Origin: Octopus sinensis
Taxonomy: Eukaryota
DNA: 64,000 nucleotides
Assembly (NCBI RefSeq): GCF_006345805.1
Contig: NC_043005.1
Coordinates: 21,514,001-21,578,000 of the forward strand
Direction of reading: 5' to 3'
Every line of letters begins with the position of its first letter. The stretch's first letter is position 1. Positions 24,215-35,585 of the stretch are shown piece by piece. The translations under genes were made by a program, and so were the position numbers. The notes under the pieces are model-generated. The model worked only from the letters and a program-made list of their open reading frames with translations, was not told the origin of the DNA and made no database searches.

Positions 24215-26932
24215 TCTTTATATATATAAAACTGAGAATGTGTGTCTGTCTGTCTGTCTATCTGTGTGTTTCCCTAAAACTTGAGAACTACACAACCAAT
24301 TTCATTCAAATTTTACACATGCCTTACTTAGGGTCCATGTAGTTTCATGGGCAAAAAAATGTTCAACTTCTTGCCTAGAGCGAGCCCATAGCAATATATC
24401 TTCTCCACTATTTCAGTATTATGTGTTAAAAGTGAAACAAAAACATTTCTCTATTTTATGTCAGATACTTTCACTTTAACAATAAAAATAATAATAACAA
24501 TTGAATTATATGTAGTAAGTAATAATTAAAATCAAACTAAAGTATAATATAATCGTAACATTAAAAAAAAGTAAAAATAGCAATTGGTATAAAATTGCAT
24601 CAATGACTTGAACTTGAATAAGTGGTTTCACATGAATGGGAATAAATTAAAAATAAAATTAGCGTGCAGAAATGGAATAGTCCAGATGGATAATAAAAAA
24701 TTAAATTAAAGAAAAGACTATTGTCTATAAAGTATACAATGTAGAGAAAAAAGAAGATTGAATGGACGTGTTTTTTTTGCGCTCTGTGAAATTCGGTTAA
24801 AAAAGAAAAAAGAACAAAAAGTGAATAGTTGTTGTTGTGAAATTTTGAACGTCGTTGATGCGGTTTCGCGTTTCACTGGTTCTGCGCGTTGCACTTATTC
24901 GGTTCGGGAGGCCGTTTTTCGGTCTGAGGCGACTATGAGCCGCCTCTACCAAACGGATGAGATGGAAGGGAGAAATTTCTCTGAAAATTCGTCGACATCT
25001 GAGGAGGAGTTGGCGGTGGAAAAAATGGAAAGCACCTACGCAGGTATAACGAAGAAGTCAACAGAAAAAGAGATAGACCTGGCTAAGTTGACGGGCTTCC
25101 AGGAGTTCATGAAGGAGGACGAGAACGGAGAGGTCGAGCTGCTGCCTCCAGCAGGGCGCGGAGACTGGTTCCATCGTAGAACCATTAAATATAAAGTATT
25201 TATGAATGGAGGTAGAAAAATGGAAGTGATTAACATGGAAGCAATTGAAGAGGCTCTCAAACAGACAGGAGAAGAAATTGTGTACATGACAAAAGGATTA
25301 GAATATGGAACCATAACGGTACAATTTAAAAGTGAGAAAGCAGCCAGGAATATAGCAGCCAAGGTGGTGAGTACAGAAAAGATTTACTTGTTCCCCTCGT
25401 ATTTGAATAGAAGGACCACCAGAATTAGGGTGGTGGGAATACCTCCACACCTAGAGGGCGAATTAATAACGGCTGCGGTTATCAAAGGAAATGAAGATAA
25501 AGTGGACATCCTCCATGCCATTATGAAATATGAAGGCGTGAGAGGTGCCACACTAGAAATGAACATACAGACGGAGGCGGAAGTTATAGAAAAGCTTACG
25601 GACAGTATAAAAACTGGGAATATTATTATGAGAGTGTGGGTGGAGGGTAGGGCGCCCAGGTGCTACAAGTGTGGCCAGAGGGGTCACATAAGAGCCTACT
25701 GCCCTCCCCCACCAAAGGAAAAAGAAAAGGAAATCGTCGCGGAAGCCCCAAAAGAGGAAGAAACCAAAGAGAACCAAACGGAAAAAGAAACGACAGAAGA
25801 AGAGGAGATGCAACAAGAGTGGGAAGAAGGAAGAAAAAAGAGAAAAAGAAAGAAAAAGAAAAACTGTGCAAAGCCCCAACCCACCCCAACACCACCCGCA
25901 CCCTCTGAATCCCACCCTTCCTCTGCAGACAGTGAACCCACCCGCTCCCCTCCAACAAGAAAACAAAAGAAAAATAATAATACAGACAGACAAGAGTTTG
26001 AAAACGAACCCAGGCCGAACATTTATATCGTGACTGAACAGAAAGAAGTTAAAAGGGTAATGGAGGAGTATGAATGGTATGAAATGGATGGGACCAGATA
26101 TGCAGTGCTGGAAAAGAAGAATATAGATGAGTTTGTGTTGAGGTGTGAGAGGGAGAATTGGGAGGTGAAGGATACAAGAATGAGCGATGAATTCGTGGAA
26201 AGTATGGAGGACAGTTTCGGAGTAAGAATGGATATGGAGGGTCTTCATATTGCGAATGAACATTCAGGTGACAGTGAAAACAAAAGGACAGGTAAGTGAT
26301 GCTGGCGGAGGGGGCCATTAGCATCGCTTTCATATTATCATTTTCATTTTAATATTCATTTGCTCATAAATTTAATCATATTGTTCTATGTCCCCCATGT
26401 TTTGTTATGTCCGCCATTCTTCGTAGCCCCTGGTGGGTAATAAAGAAATTACATGGAAGAAAGCACCTTCGAAAAGTGTCTTGCTGCAACTATGAAAGGT
26501 ATCTAATCAGAGGCGGTAAATTCGCCACAATAGAAGCAAGGTTCGAGTCAACGGAGCGTGCAAGGGAGTACTCAACTTGAACTTGCAAAGTGGAAATATT
26601 TTACTTTTACCTTTATATCTGGGACGTCCTACGTCCCGGAAAAAAATTTTAAATGCCCCCCAGCCCCCACCCAGAAGTTGAGGTCGGCTGGATTGTAGCC
26701 ACACTTCTATACAGATCCAATTGATCGAAATTGCAAGACACGGGCCTACAATTCCAGTCTGTTATATATTTTGAGTATTGTTATCACTAGCGATATCAAG
26801 ATATAACTTTGTATTTTGTATTTTATGTGTAGATGTATATATATAGATGTACATGTAATATGTACACATATATATACACATATATACATGCACTAGCACT
26901 ATGACCCGGCAACGATGGGTCTTTAATGCTAG
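24215..26932 (+). mobile_element. Non-autonomous Helitron (composite, carries an internal ORF1 element)
   Basis: A|TC 5' end, 3' hairpin gaccc-ggcaacgat-gggtc (26903-26921) and CTAG|T, no TSD. Excision gives cttcaa/tatttaatatgtgtgtga, homologous to the sequence upstream of exons C1 and C3. Confidence 0.85.
24935..26299 (+). CDS. Intact gag-like ORF1 protein (L1/Tx1-type): putative RRM-like region, one CCHC knuckle, Glu/Lys/Pro-rich tail, 454 aa
   Basis: ATG at 24935 in frame with the 24758-26299 ORF. CYKCGQRGHIRAYC at 25661-25702, basic run RKKRKRKKKK. No stops or frameshifts; CpG-rich leader. Confidence 0.85.
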   Translation: MSRLYQTDEMEGRNFSENSSTSEEELAVEKMESTYAGITKKSTEKEIDLAKLTGFQEFMKEDENGEVELLPPAGRGDWFHRRTIKYKVFMNGGRKMEVINMEAIEEALKQTGEEIVYMTKGLEYGTITVQFKSEKAARNIAAKVVSTEKIYLFPSYLNRRTTRIRVVGIPPHLEGELITAAVIKGNEDKVDILHAIMKYEGVRGATLEMNIQTEAEVIEKLTDSIKTGNIIMRVWVEGRAPRCYKCGQRGHIRAYCPPPPKEKEKEIVAEAPKEEETKENQTEKETTEEEEMQQEWEEGRKKRKRKKKKNCAKPQPTPTPPAPSESHPSSADSEPTRSPPTRKQKKNNNTDRQEFENEPRPNIYIVTEQKEVKRVMEEYEWYEMDGTRYAVLEKKNIDEFVLRCERENWEVKDTRMSDEFVESMEDSFGVRMDMEGLHIANEHSGDSENKRTGK

Positions 26933-27030
26933 TATTTAATATATGTGTGTGATGCATGTGATGTGTATTTGTGATTAAGTTGATGGATGACTATAAAATA
27001 TATATTTTTTGTGTTTTTTTTAACTTCCAG

Positions 27031-27264
27031 TTGATGACAAGCCTTTCATGATGAAAAAAGTTAGCATACCAAAGAAGGCTACAATAAAAGAGCTTCAGGG
27101 TATGAAATTAAAGGAGTGTGACGAAGCTTGCAGTCAATATGCAAGATGTAACTCTTATCAGTACAATAAGAAAGAGAAGATATGTGATCTGAGTCATGCG
27201 ACTGAGTTGAACAATGAACTTATGCCTAATGATGGAAGCTGGGATCTATACATTATTAATCCAG
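27031..27264 (+). CDS. Exon C2, PAN/Apple-like domain (type 2)
   Basis: ttccag|...ccag|gtcagt; 234 nt, phase 1-1; CDEACSQYARCNSYQYNKKEKICDLS...WDLYIINP. Confidence 0.87.
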
Positions 27265-27399
27265 GTCAGTAGAGTGTTTCCATTTTATTGCATGCATGTA
27301 TGTGTGTATGCAAAGCAGATGTTAAAGGATGATCATGATATCAAGAGTCTATATACGGGGATCTCACATAACAAAAAACTTCATATACTCAAACACTTC

Positions 27400-28260
27400 C
27401 TAGACCTTTGACCCAACCCCCAACCTGATATCTCCACACTTCGTTATCTGACTGAATTTTTTCTCTCCCTCAACTGCTTCTCATTCATGGGGTATTTTTA
27501 TCAACAGGTCTTGGGAGTGGCCATGGGAATGAGAATGGGCCCCATCTATGTGAACCTATTTGTTGGCTATAGTGAGGCTCAAATATTCTCACGATTCACT
27601 GGTCCCACTCCCGAACTATACATTCTCTATATTGATGACTGTATCGGTGCAACCTCACTCTCCTGCAAACAACTAGACTCTTTCCTCTCTTTTGTCCAAT
27701 CCTTTCATCCTGCCCTCGAATTCTCCTGTACAATTTCCAACACTTCCATCGCATTTCTCAACATTTCAGCCAACATACACCTCTCCACTCTCACTACCTT
27801 CATCCACTAGAAACTCACCGACTCACACTCATAGCTTAACTTCTCCTCCCACCCTACCCACACCAAGCTCTCCATTCTTTTCTCCCAATTCCACCATCTG
27901 CACAGGCTCTGAGATTCAGTCTCTACTCATAGCTCTCCACTTCATCCTTCATGGGATATCCCCTCACCACTATCCATACAGCCCTTGCTGGAGTACTTTC
28001 CATGGACCATGTCGCTGCTCTCTCACCTCACACCTGCCCTGCCATTGCCCGTCTTCTGTTTCCCCTCACCTCCCACCCATCCACACTACCCCTCCAACAC
28101 ACCATTCTCCAAGCCTTCCAGCAACTCCAGTGAGACACTGCCACCTCACACATCTTCCCCAACCTACCCCTTCCCTCCTTCTACCTTCCTTTCTTCACTC
28201 CTACCCACTTCTCTTCCTCTGACACCTACTTCCTCTCTTTACTCCTATCCAACCCTCCTC
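27400..28260 (+). mobile_element. Penelope-like element RT fragment
   Basis: YQQVLGVAMGMRMGPIYVNLFVG...LYILYIDDCIG (Penelope-type GxAMG and YIDD), followed by frameshifted downstream sequence. Confidence 0.85.
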
Positions 28261-28269
28261 AACCGGCTA

Positions 28270-28770
28270 ACGAAACACCGCATTTGATTAAATGGAACAT
28301 AATTGCAAAATCCATACTTTATGTGAATGGACTGAATGAATGCAGGCTTTGTTTAGCTGAGAGAGTGCAGATCTTGTTCAGATCTAAGATCCCTAACTCT
28401 CTACAAAACTCTAGGTCAGAAATTTTCACTAGTTGCATGCATATGTATAAATATTTTTTGAAGAATTAGAAAATTCTGCCTATCCCTGACTGACTTGATA
28501 CCTCTTACCATTTAAGGTCTAAGGAGGATAGATCCTTTACCTTTTTACTTTCTATTTTTTACACTTTAGTTTTTGTGCTTTCGTTTCCTGTTTTTCATTT
28601 TGTGTTTTCCGTTTTTTTACTTTCTGCATTCTCTGTATGTTGCTTTCTCAGTTTTTACATGTTTCTTCTATTATTGAATTTTTTTAGTTCATTATGATGT
28701 GTGGTTTGCACCTGAAGAATATGTTTGAGTATTTCTCAACATATGAAACTATTAGTAGCACTTAAATACA
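28270..28770 (+). mobile_element. Penelope-like element 3' end (C-terminus after GIY-YIG, 3' region with hammerhead-like core)
   Basis: IKWNII...CRLCLAERVQIL...NSRSEIFTSCMH, then CTGAAGA-stem-GAAAC at 28712-28749. Confidence 0.65.
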
Positions 28771-28861
28771 TGTAATGTGCCCTTTAAATAATAATGATAA
28801 TAATAATAATAATAATATATATATATACATATATATATATATAATGTTAGGTTATGCTATA

Positions 28862-30200
28862 TATACAGGGTGTAGTGAATAAACTGTTGTCTAAATTGTG
28901 CAAAAATGAAAATAACAGTGACATCTCATTTTAACAGATATATTTACCAAAATTACCATAAAAACTCATGTAATTTACGCACTTTCTTTGCAAAAACAAA
29001 AATAAACTTTAGTGGGTGCATAAATTACATGAGTAAATCATTTGCAGAATTTTTTAGAAATTCTTTTTATTGAAGAATGATGTACAAATGTAAACATTCA
29101 TACTGGAAGTTGACTCATTTAATGTCAGAATAAGTTTTTATGGAAAAAATATAATGAAGTTGACTTTTATTTATGTTGGACAGTATAATGCTTACTTTTC
29201 CTGTATAAATTTACTAATACCATTAAATGCTTAACTACTTTTGAAGTTTGACATTCATGCTGGTAATCACAGTCCAGGCCATATTTTACATTGCTTGGAG
29301 TTTCTACCTATCGCAATTTCCTTAAATAGATTAGATTTTCTACACCTAAAGGCAGCAAGCTGGCAGAAATGTTAGTATGCCGGGCGACATGCTTAGCAAT
29401 ATTTCATCTCCCTTTACATTCTGAGTTCAAATATTGCCAAGGTCAACTTTGCCTTTCATCCTTTCAGAATCGATAAATTAAGTACCAATTGCATTCTGGG
29501 GTTGATTTAATCAACTGGGCCCCTCCCCAAAAATTTCGGGCCTTTTCCCTAGAGTGCAAAAGATTTTCTCCACATTGCACCTAGCTTGTGTTTGCTTCCA
29601 GGAAGCTATTGTTCCAGGAACCTTCATTTACTTTATATGATGTTGAATGTTGTTTCTCATTCATGTTGAATTATGCAGCAATCTTATGTTCTCTTCATAG
29701 AACATTGAAGGTATGTATTAATTTTGGTAATGTAGTTCTTTTGGTATAGTAGATTTTTGCTATTCTTGTTTATGTCTCCTTACAGACATGTATATTCTAA
29801 CAAGTCGCTTCTTAAAATTCACACCTCTCTTGTTCAATAAATACTGAGTTAAACTTGCAAAGCCGTTTATTTCCTCCTTTCAGTTTTTAATGCTTAGTTT
29901 AGCAAATTACCAAACTATCAGTTTGGTCTCCCAACTAAAATAGTAATGACACATTTTTAAGTTTGTTTGACATTTTATAAGTGTGAAAGTGATTAAAATT
30001 TCGATACTCCATATCAAATGTTCCAACAAGAATAGGCAGAAAATCAGAACTTGAGAAAAGAAGACACTTTCAACCAATCAGAATTCTGTTTACATTATCA
30101 GTTTGATTGGTCACCTTCCTCTGTTAGTTGAGTAAAGTATAATCCAAGCTGATGTTTACTGGTAATTAAACTTATTTTGCAAAATTTATGCATATTTATC
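28862..30200. mobile_element. Probable Tc1/mariner-type DNA transposon remnant
   Basis: ta|cagggtgtagtgaataaactgttg resembles Tc1/mariner termini. The interior is too decayed to translate and the right boundary is uncertain. Confidence 0.35.
29350..29570 (+). mobile_element. tRNA-derived SINE
   Basis: ggcagcaagctggcagaaatgttag...ttctgagttcaaat...gcctttcatcctttc...gataaattaagtacca; same family as 31131. Confidence 0.85.
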
Positions 30201-30589
30201 AGCTTTGTTTTTGTTGTTGAGAATTATCAACAATTTTCCTGTAATCGTAGTTTGAGAAGACATACAGAAATATGCTAAAGATCAAACATAATCTCTTGTG
30301 AGAAAGAAATCTAAAATAAAGTTTATAACAAAGACAGAGTAATTTAATAGATTTCAGTGTGATACTTGTTAAACAGAAAATATTTTTATTTAATGAAAAT
30401 TGAATAAAATCTAATCATAAGTAAGTGAAATAATGCTAAATACAACTAAATTGAAAACCTTTTTTCCCTGGCCAGATTGGCAATTCTGAAAATTTTGGGG
30501 TGCAAATTTTACACAAGTAGAAGCTTTTTTTAAATAGTTTTTATCCTGAAAATCACCTGCATATACATGGGTTTTTATAGTACATAAGT

Positions 30590-31810
30590 ATACCTTGAAA
30601 TACTAAAGAGTAAATTTATTCAATAAAATTGCCATTGGCTTCAAGCATGGCCTCCAGATGACTTTGGAATCTCCTGCAACTCTTCTGGATGGTCTCCTTC
30701 TTTAAGTTGGTGAATACTGCCATAATCTTTGCCTTCAGTTCATCTTCAGTGTTACAAGGAGTTTTTTTGGGGTCTCTTACTCAACTGTTCCCCACATATA
30801 ATAACCAAGAGGGTTGCAGTCTGGGGAGTTGGGTGGCCTGATGTTAGGGATGATGTGGTTGCAGAAATTGTCTGACAGCCACGACTGGGTTCTGCTTGTG
30901 TGGCATGGTACAGAGTCCTTTTGACAGACATAAGGCATTCCAGCAGCCATCCTCTTCACCGAGTGCAGCACTTCCTTCTCCAGGCATCTGATGTAGACTT
31001 CCATGTTGAGTGTGCGGTTGTGTGGGAAGATGAATGGAGGCATAACATTACTATCACTAGTGATCACTGCAAACACTATGATGTTGATTGAATGTTTGAT
31101 TTTTATGTAGCTGATTCCTCTGCACTGCACTAAGGTGGTGAGCTGGCAGAAACGTTAGCATGCTGGGTGAAATGCTTAGCAGTATTTCGTCTGCCGCTAC
31201 GTTCTGAGTTCAAATTCCGCCGAGGTCGACTTTGCCTTTCATCCTTTCAGGGTCGATAAATTAAGTACCAGTTACGCACTGGGGTCGATGTAATCGACTT
31301 AATCCGTTTGCCTGTCCTTGTTTGTCCCCTCTGTGTTTAGCTCCTTGTGGGTAGTAAAGAAATAGGTATTTCATCTGCCGCTACATTCTGAGTTCGAATT
31401 CTGCCGAGGTTGACTTTGCCTTTCATCCTTTCAGGGTTGATTAAATAAGTACCAGTAATGCATTGGGCTTTATATAATCAACTTAATCCATTTGTCTGCC
31501 TTGTTTGTTCCCTCTGTGTGTAGCTCCTTGTGGGCCCTAAACAAATAAGAATCCTCTGCACTGTCCTCTGATTGACACTCAAAACATTCTGAAATGTTCA
31601 TATTGAAGCTTCCAGTGTGAATGCCAAGCAGTACAGCATGTCATTTCCAAATTTCTGGCAGAGTGAATTGCATCATGGTGCTGTTTTTCTCAGATGATGC
31701 CCAACTGACCCTAGTATACTGTATAGTTAATGAAGTCAAAAGCAAACAATGCACATGCACAAAATTAAGAAATATAGAATGGCAACAATTTACACATTGT
31801 ACCCTGTATA
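30590..31810 (-). mobile_element. Tc1/mariner (maT, DD37D-like) transposase remnant interrupted by SINEs
   Basis: ORF 30777-31130: VFAVITSDS...QKDSVPCH...NSPDCNPLGYYMW. Homology resumes after the SINE pair; right end caccctgta-like (taccctg|ta). Confidence 0.8.
31131..31550 (+). mobile_element. Tandem pair of tRNA-derived SINEs (full copy plus 5'-truncated copy)
   Basis: Two successive bodies ending ttagctccttgtgggtagtaaagaaata and tagctccttgtgggccctaaacaaata. Confidence 0.9.
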
Positions 31811-31828
31811 TATATATATATATATATA

Positions 31829-32216
31829 GGGAGAGTTCACAAAAGAAAACAAAAGACGAAGACAGGTGGTGTACAAAACAAACAGGTGTATTAGTATAAT
31901 GCTCAGGAATTGAAAAAGTCTTTTACATCTCAAACCAACTCTCTTCTACAGAAAGGGACACAGAAAACAACAAGGAGAGAAAAAAATGTGTGTAGTGGCT
32001 ACCAATCTATCAGTCACCATGATAGATCGGTAGCCACTACACACATTTTTTTTCTCTCCTTGTTTCTCTCCTTGTTTTTTTTCTGTGTACCTTTCCGTAG
32101 AAGGGCATAGGTTCGAAATGTAGAAGACTTTTTCAATTCCTGAACGTTATACTAATACATCTGTTTGTTTCCTACACCACCTGTCTTCGTCTTTTGTTTT
32201 TTTCATGAACTCTCCC
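31829..32216. repeat. Long inverted repeat (~185-bp arms, 7-nt loop)
   Basis: gggagagttca...atctatca-gtcacca-tgatagat...tgaactctccc. Confidence 0.92.
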
Positions 32217-32380
32217 CATATATCACATGCTCACGTGGTCGCACCAGTTGATCCTGTCATTTCTTATCACACACGAACTTCTCCACTGGACTTTCTACCT
32301 ATCTACCCTTTATGGATTCTCTTTTGGACATTTACCCTCCAGCTGCACCTCTCCTACATACGGGTCACTGTGGACTCTTC

Positions 32381-32425
<45 letters not shown>

Positions 32426-32569
32426 TTAATAATAATAGAAAATTTGACAGTGCAAATATTCTAGTGTATATATATATATTATATTATATTATATTAAAAC
32501 AAGAGATTGGACGATTTTTAGTACTATTTATTCACCATTGCATGTGTGGCATCTGCTCTATAGGAGTCT

Positions 32570-33020
32570 CATCATCATTTTCATTTAACATTTGTTGTCC
32601 ATGCTGGCATGGTTTAGACAGTTTGATCAGGGTGTGTACTTTAAGGGGCTGCACCAGATTCCAGTCTTATTTGGCATGGTTTCTACAGCTGGATACCCTT
32701 CTTAATGCCAACCACTACAAGAGTGTAATGTGTGCTTTTACGTGCCATTTGCATGACAACAGCATCTGCCATGACTATGATTTCACCCAACTTGATGGAT
32801 CTTTCTCCTCAAACACAACATATTGCCAAAGGTCTTAGTAATTTGTCATCTCCTCTGTGAGGCCCAGTGCTTGAAAGCTGCTTTTTATGTGCCACTCATA
32901 TGGTTGCTGGTTCCATGACACCAGCATTGGCCACATTGCCTCCATGAGGCCAAATACTCAAAAGGGGCTTTTTACATGCCACTGGTACGACTGCCAGTTG
33001 TGTGACACCGGTAACAACCA
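32570..33020 (-). mobile_element. RTE-family 3' end, decayed
   Basis: catcatcattttcatttaacatttgttgtccatgctggcatgg and the downstream UTR motifs shared with 15650-16140. Confidence 0.75.
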
Positions 33021-33278
33021 CAACTATATAGATACAATTGCTACTGAGATGAACACATTCATCATTATAGCAATAGTATCTATGTAAAAGGTTTGTATCT
33101 AAGTGTATGATGAAGCATGAATGTATGTATATTTGTATGTTATATTCATATATGTATGAAGATATATATATATATATATATATATATATCAAATAATATT
33201 AGGGAGTATAACTCCAAACTTACAGGGAAAAATTCAATTTAGTATTAAATCAAATTTCCCAGTATAAATATATAAAAT

Positions 33279-33527
33279 ATAAATTAGAGATAAAACCACT
33301 ATTATGCAAGTCACACAGTGATAGACATAAACCAATACATAAATAACCAATATATATATATATATATATAAATATATAAATAATGTTTTTTTTTTAAATA
33401 TATAACTTATAACTAGATCTCATAAACATTATTTATATATTTATATATATATATATTGGTTATTTATGTATTGGTTTATGTCTATCACTGTTTGACTTGC
33501 ATAATAGTGGTTTTATCTCTAATTTAT
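33279..33527. repeat. Inverted repeat (~105-bp arms, ~35-nt spacer)
   Basis: ataaattagagataaaaccactattatgcaagtca...aataatgttt versus aaacattatt...tgacttgcataatagtggttttatctctaatttat. Confidence 0.9.
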
Positions 33528-35417
33528 ATATATATATATATATATGTACTTGCTCATATGTATATGTGGCTATGTATATGCAGGAGTATATGTGCATATA
33601 ACAATTTCAGTCATTTAAGATGACATCTTCATACTGGAAAAAAATGGAAAGAAAAGTTGAAATAAATAGAAACTTCCATAATATCATTTGTGAAAGTTCC
33701 TATATTTCCTTTATAAAAGTCACATGGGGCTGTACTTCCCATCCTACTGATTGGTGCTTGTTGGTAGTGATGGCCATGGTTAATAAAAGTGCTTGCAGGC
33801 AAGTGGTGGTAGAAGGGATAGCAGAAAGTGTAGTAATGTTAGCAATTGTTGACTCTCTTCATTGATGGGAATGGTAGCAGGTGTGTTTGTTGTTGGCAGG
33901 AGAAGGAAAATAATAGTAGTAGTAGTAGCAGGAACACTTAGGTTTCCTTATGGCTTATAATGGTGTTTAATCTGGCTAGTAGTTGTGGTATTGGCTCATA
34001 GCATTTTTCAGTCTATGGCCTAGCAGTCATTGTTGTTGTGGTACCAGTAAGGGTTGCAGTATTGTTGTGATGGTTGTTGTCCTCCTTTCTCCACCATAGA
34101 AATTACAATGTGGTCAATATTTTATAATGAAGAACATTTCTTTGTTAATGTTTTAACATATACTTGTATTATCACCAAATTTATTGAGAGGGAAAATTAA
34201 AAAGCTAGGTTTTTTGTAACCTGTACACACGTCCAAATGTTCACTGGGTCCTGTTTTTCTATGTTCCCCTATTTTAATTTGTGCTCTGTGCTGGTTTGTT
34301 CATTGACATAGAGTATTTATTATTTGTCCAATATGATCCTTACCACATCCTAAGCATGTTATTATGTGTGTGTCTTTGTGTTTTGTCTTTGTCCCCACCT
34401 CTGCTGTGAAACTGGAGTTGGTTGGATTATGTCTCTGCGACTTAGCAGTTTGGCATGACAGAGCATTAGAATAAGTATCTCACAAATATAATTACTGAGT
34501 CCAATTCATTTCACTAAAACCCCTTCAAGGTAGTGCCCCAGTATGACCACATTCCAATGTCTGAAACAAGTAATGGATAAAAACTTACAAAAACACTCCC
34601 TTCCACATTGTCTCTCACTTTTTCATCTCCCTACTCTCCTTCCTTTTTGCCAGGTTCTCTCTCTGTTACTTTTTCACTTTGCTTCTCTCTATATATGGTG
34701 AAGATGCTGACGACCGCTTTGTTCAAAGCCTCCCTTGACCTCAAGTGGCCTGAACTCTTTACATGAACACCACCCTGTACTTAACTCCATGTCCCCCTAC
34801 ATGGCCTTGCTATTTGCTTTTGAGCCAAATTAACTAACTAACTAACATATCTCTCTCTAGCTCCAAGATTTACAACTTATTTTATTATTTTATATTTATA
34901 TATTTTACATTTTTTTCCTATTTAATGTTGTCCATTTTAGTTATTCCTTTCTCTTTTCATTGATTACAGGCCTCTCTTATTTTTTACCCCTCTCCCTTTC
35001 TGTCCGTTTCTTTCAGGCATTTGCTCTCAATCTACTTCTCTCAGCATACTTCTAACAACTGTACAACTTCACACATTTGATCTCCGTAATATAATGCAAT
35101 AAAATTTTCCCTTAATGATCCGTTTGTGGTTTGGCATCCAGTTGTACTTGGAACATCCAATTCATCCAATTTAAGCAACCACAATACTTGAGTGTACAAG
35201 GGGAACAAATAATATGAAATTGTGTTTATCATAATTTCTCCTACATTTGCTCTGTATATCATAACCAGTTTACTATACTGCATGCATGTATATTGTGCAA
35301 ATGATTCATTTTATTTTAGCTAATATCTTATATTCTAAATATGTAATTATCTCCTCATTCTTCTCTTCTTCCTAACATATACTCACAATTGACACTAGTT
35401 TCTTTTATCAATTACAG

Positions 35418-35585
35418 TTGTCACAAAAGTTGATTGTGGAGCACCAAAAGTTGTTGTTGGTGCATCTAAATCCTACAATACTACTAACTACAAATCTGAA
35501 GTGATCTATACTTGTCAAAAAGGAGAAATATTAAAGGCAACATGTAAAGAGAACAGGAAATGGTTTCCAGTAGTGTCTTGTAAAG
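35418..35585 (+). CDS. Exon A3, Sushi/CCP-like domain (one-codon deletion)
   Basis: attacag|...aaag|gtaatg; 168 nt, phase 1-1; VTKVDCGAPKVVVGASKSYNTTNYKSEVIYTCQKGEILKATCKENRKWFPVVSCK. Confidence 0.85.

Noticed and set aside
25036-26333. Hydrophobic minus-strand ORFs (for example 236 aa) resembling membrane proteins
   Set aside because: Antisense of the purine-rich ORF1; T/C-rich codons give Phe/Leu/Ser by composition.
29350-31350. tRNA genes
   Set aside because: The tRNA-like heads belong to SINEs; there is no complete cloverleaf.
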